Assembly: GCF_004010195.1 (NCBI RefSeq)
Contig: NC_057718.1
Coordinates: 77,268,202 to 77,332,201 of the forward strand
Length of the DNA stretch: 64,000 bases
From: Chiloscyllium plagiosum
Taxonomy: Eukaryota
Reading direction: 5' to 3'
Shown: one piece after another, positions 61,780 to 64,000 of the stretch
How positions within the stretch are numbered: position 1 is the stretch's first letter
Layout of the letters: the number at the start of each line of letters is the position of its first letter
The notes under the pieces: generated by a model
Told to the model about the DNA's origin: nothing
Databases searched by the model: none
What the model saw: only the letters and a program-made list of their open reading frames with translations
Translations under genes and position numbers: made by a program

Positions 61780-63380
61780 AAACCAGAATGACCCCGTAGA
61801 AACATCTATCATTCTTGATGCTATTTCTTCAAGAAATGAATAAGATCCAATCCCACTGCAGACTGAATGTCCCAGACACTGTCACAGAACAATGCCATAT
61901 GTTGGAGTGGGACTGAAGTTCTGAAGGGGTGGATGGCCATTGTAGCCTGGTGATTATCAAGGTGAGAGCTGCACTAAAGCTTTATGTGACTACTAAGATC
62001 ATAGAATCCCTACAGTGTGGAAACAGGCCCTTCGGCCCAGCAAGTCCACCCCCACCCTCCAAAGAGTAACCCAACCAGACCCCTTCCCCTATTTCTCTAC
62101 ATTTAGAAGACTGAGAGGGGATCTGATTGAGACATAAGATTATGAAAGGATTGGACACTCTGGCAGCAGGAAACATGTTTCCGCTGATGGGTGAGTGCCG
62201 AACCAGAGGACACAGCTTAAAAATACGGGGTAGACCATTTAGGACAGAGATGAGGAGAAACCTCTTCACCCAGAGAGTAATGGGTGTGTGGAATGCTCTG
62301 CCCCAGAGGGCAGTGGAGGCCCAGTCTCTGGATTCATTTAAGAAAGAGTTGGATAGAGCTCTCAAAGATAGTGGAATCAAGAGTTATGGAGATAAGGCAG
62401 GAAGAGGATACTGATTAGGAATGATCAGCCATGATCATATTGAATCGGGGTGCAGGCTCGAAGGGCTGAATGGCCTACTCCTGCACCTATTGTCTATTTA
62501 CCCCTGACTAATGCACCTAATCCACACATCCCTGAACACTATGGGTAATTTAGCATGGCCGGTTCCCCTAAACTGCACATCTTTGGATTGTGGGAGGAAA
62601 CCCATTCAGACACAGGGAGAATGTGCAAACTCCATCCAGATAGTTGCCCGAGACTGGAATTGAATCCAGGTCCCTGGCGCTGTGAGGCAGGAGTGCTAAC
62701 CAGTGAGACACCATGTTGCCGCAAGGATCCATGGGGACCTATGTAAGATTTCTCAGTCCTCAAAAGGATCAAGGCTGTTACAGATTCAATTTGGGCCAGA
62801 TCACATACTAGTTTTCATGTGACAAGGTCAATGCTGCAGCCCAGGCTTTACCCAACTTCACCTATGTGCCATGAGCCATAATCACCAGGCTACAATGGCA
62901 TCATGTTCAGAGTGTCATATTATAACCTAACTATGTTTGTCAACAAAAAGAAAGTTCAATTTTGTTAATATAGTCATCTGTCATTGGTTCCACTTCTCAG
63001 AAATCTGTACTAGGTACCCTTGAAACTGCCATGATGCCCAAATGCTTGAGAATACTCATTTTCACATTTCATTTAAAGGACTAGGTGCCTTACAAAGGAT
63101 GATCATTGGGCGATAAAGGCTTACATCTGTGAACACAGCTGATGACTCCTTTATGGAGCCCTTGAAATCAACTGTTGTTAAAATACAGCCCATTCTTCCA
63201 CAATGGCCACAGTGGAGCAACGGCGGGCCCCCTGAAGATGTGGTTGCAATGCTTGGATCAGCCTGGGGAAGTGTTCAGGCCATTGGGGAGTGATGCGGGT
63301 GGCTTCCAGTACACCTCAAACATATTGTATTGCATAATCCAGCATGCTGTGCTCTGCACACCTAGAACTGGTAGAGGATG
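61780..63380 (+). pseudogene. Decayed PIF/Harbinger (HARBI1-like) DDE transposase, interrupted by SINE/CR1 at 61996-62721
   Basis: Ordered motifs: IKVRAALKLY, GSMGDLCKISQS..IKAVTDSIWAR, FVNKK, RYP*NCHDA, LGDKG..LMTPL, LKMWLQCLD..GGFQY..YCII. Confidence 0.8.
61996..62721 (-). mobile_element. HE1/V-SINE-like tRNA-derived SINE with a + strand CR1 3' fragment (62103-62498) inside
   Basis: Minus-strand head gcggcaacatggtgtctcactggttagcac (A box) and ggattcaattcc (B box), central tggagtttgcacattctccc; CR1 ORF 62127-62414. Confidence 0.85.
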
Positions 63381-63519
63381 GGTGCTGATTAACTGGGAAT
63401 GTGGCAGTGGTCTTCTGACGAGGAAGATGAGGCCATTTCCCAAAAGGCATATCACCTTTACCATGATATAATTCTCCAGTATCAGGCACTACAAAGCAGC
63501 AAACCACACAGGACACAGT

Positions 63520-64000
63520 CGTAGATGCATAAAGCACAGAAACAGATCATTCAAACCACTCAGTCCATGCCGAACATAATCTCAAACTACACTAGTACCA
63601 CTTGCCTGCTCCCGGCCCATATTCCTCCAAACCTTTCCTATCCATGTACTTTTACAAATGTCCTTTATACATTGTAATTGTTCCCACATCCATCACTTTC
63701 TTGGGAAGTTCATTCCACACGCGAACCACCCCTCTCTGTAAAAGTTTTGTCCCATGTCTTTTTAAAATCTCTCTCCTCTTACCTTAAAAATGTGCCCACA
63801 GTCTTGAAATACACCATCTGGGGGAAAAGACAGCTACCATCTATATTCCTCACTATTTTATAAACCACTCTCAACTTCCTACGCTCCAGTGAAAAAAGGT
63901 CCCAGCCTATCCTGCCTTTTTTTTTAAAAAAAATAACTCAAATCCTCCATACCCGGCAACATCCTGGTAAATCTCTTCTGCATTCTCTCCAGTTTAATAA
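63520..64000 (-). mobile_element. CR1 3' fragment running off the window
   Basis: Minus-strand agatttaccaggatgttgcc and gtgtggaatgaacttcc. Confidence 0.8.

Noticed and set aside
62655..62721. tRNA gene (A and B boxes on the minus strand; also 56050-56117)
   Set aside because: tRNA-derived SINE head with no cloverleaf, continuing into SINE body.

Overview
Repeat-rich eukaryotic DNA, most likely from a cartilaginous fish (HE1/V-SINE-like and Deu-domain SINEs, abundant CR1 LINEs, Penelope-like elements); two N-gaps. The only host gene I can support is the 3' part of a + strand CENPJ/CPAP (SAS-4, TCP10-domain) family gene: six GT-AG exons (15626-49463) splice in frame to 258 aa ending in a complete TCP/G-box domain. 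The rest is mobile-element relics: an L1 3' fragment, many CR1 fragments, an RTE fragment, a decayed Harbinger transposase, a near full-length Gmr1-like Gypsy element (SCAN-like gag, integrase upstream of RT, tRNA-Pro PBS) and a second older Gmr1-like relic. Penelope-like elements and their short derivatives carry minimal hammerhead-ribozyme motifs (CTGANGA-stem II-GAAA), often as hairpin insertions with 10-15 bp TSDs. All calls come from reading and translating by eye; no database searches were run.
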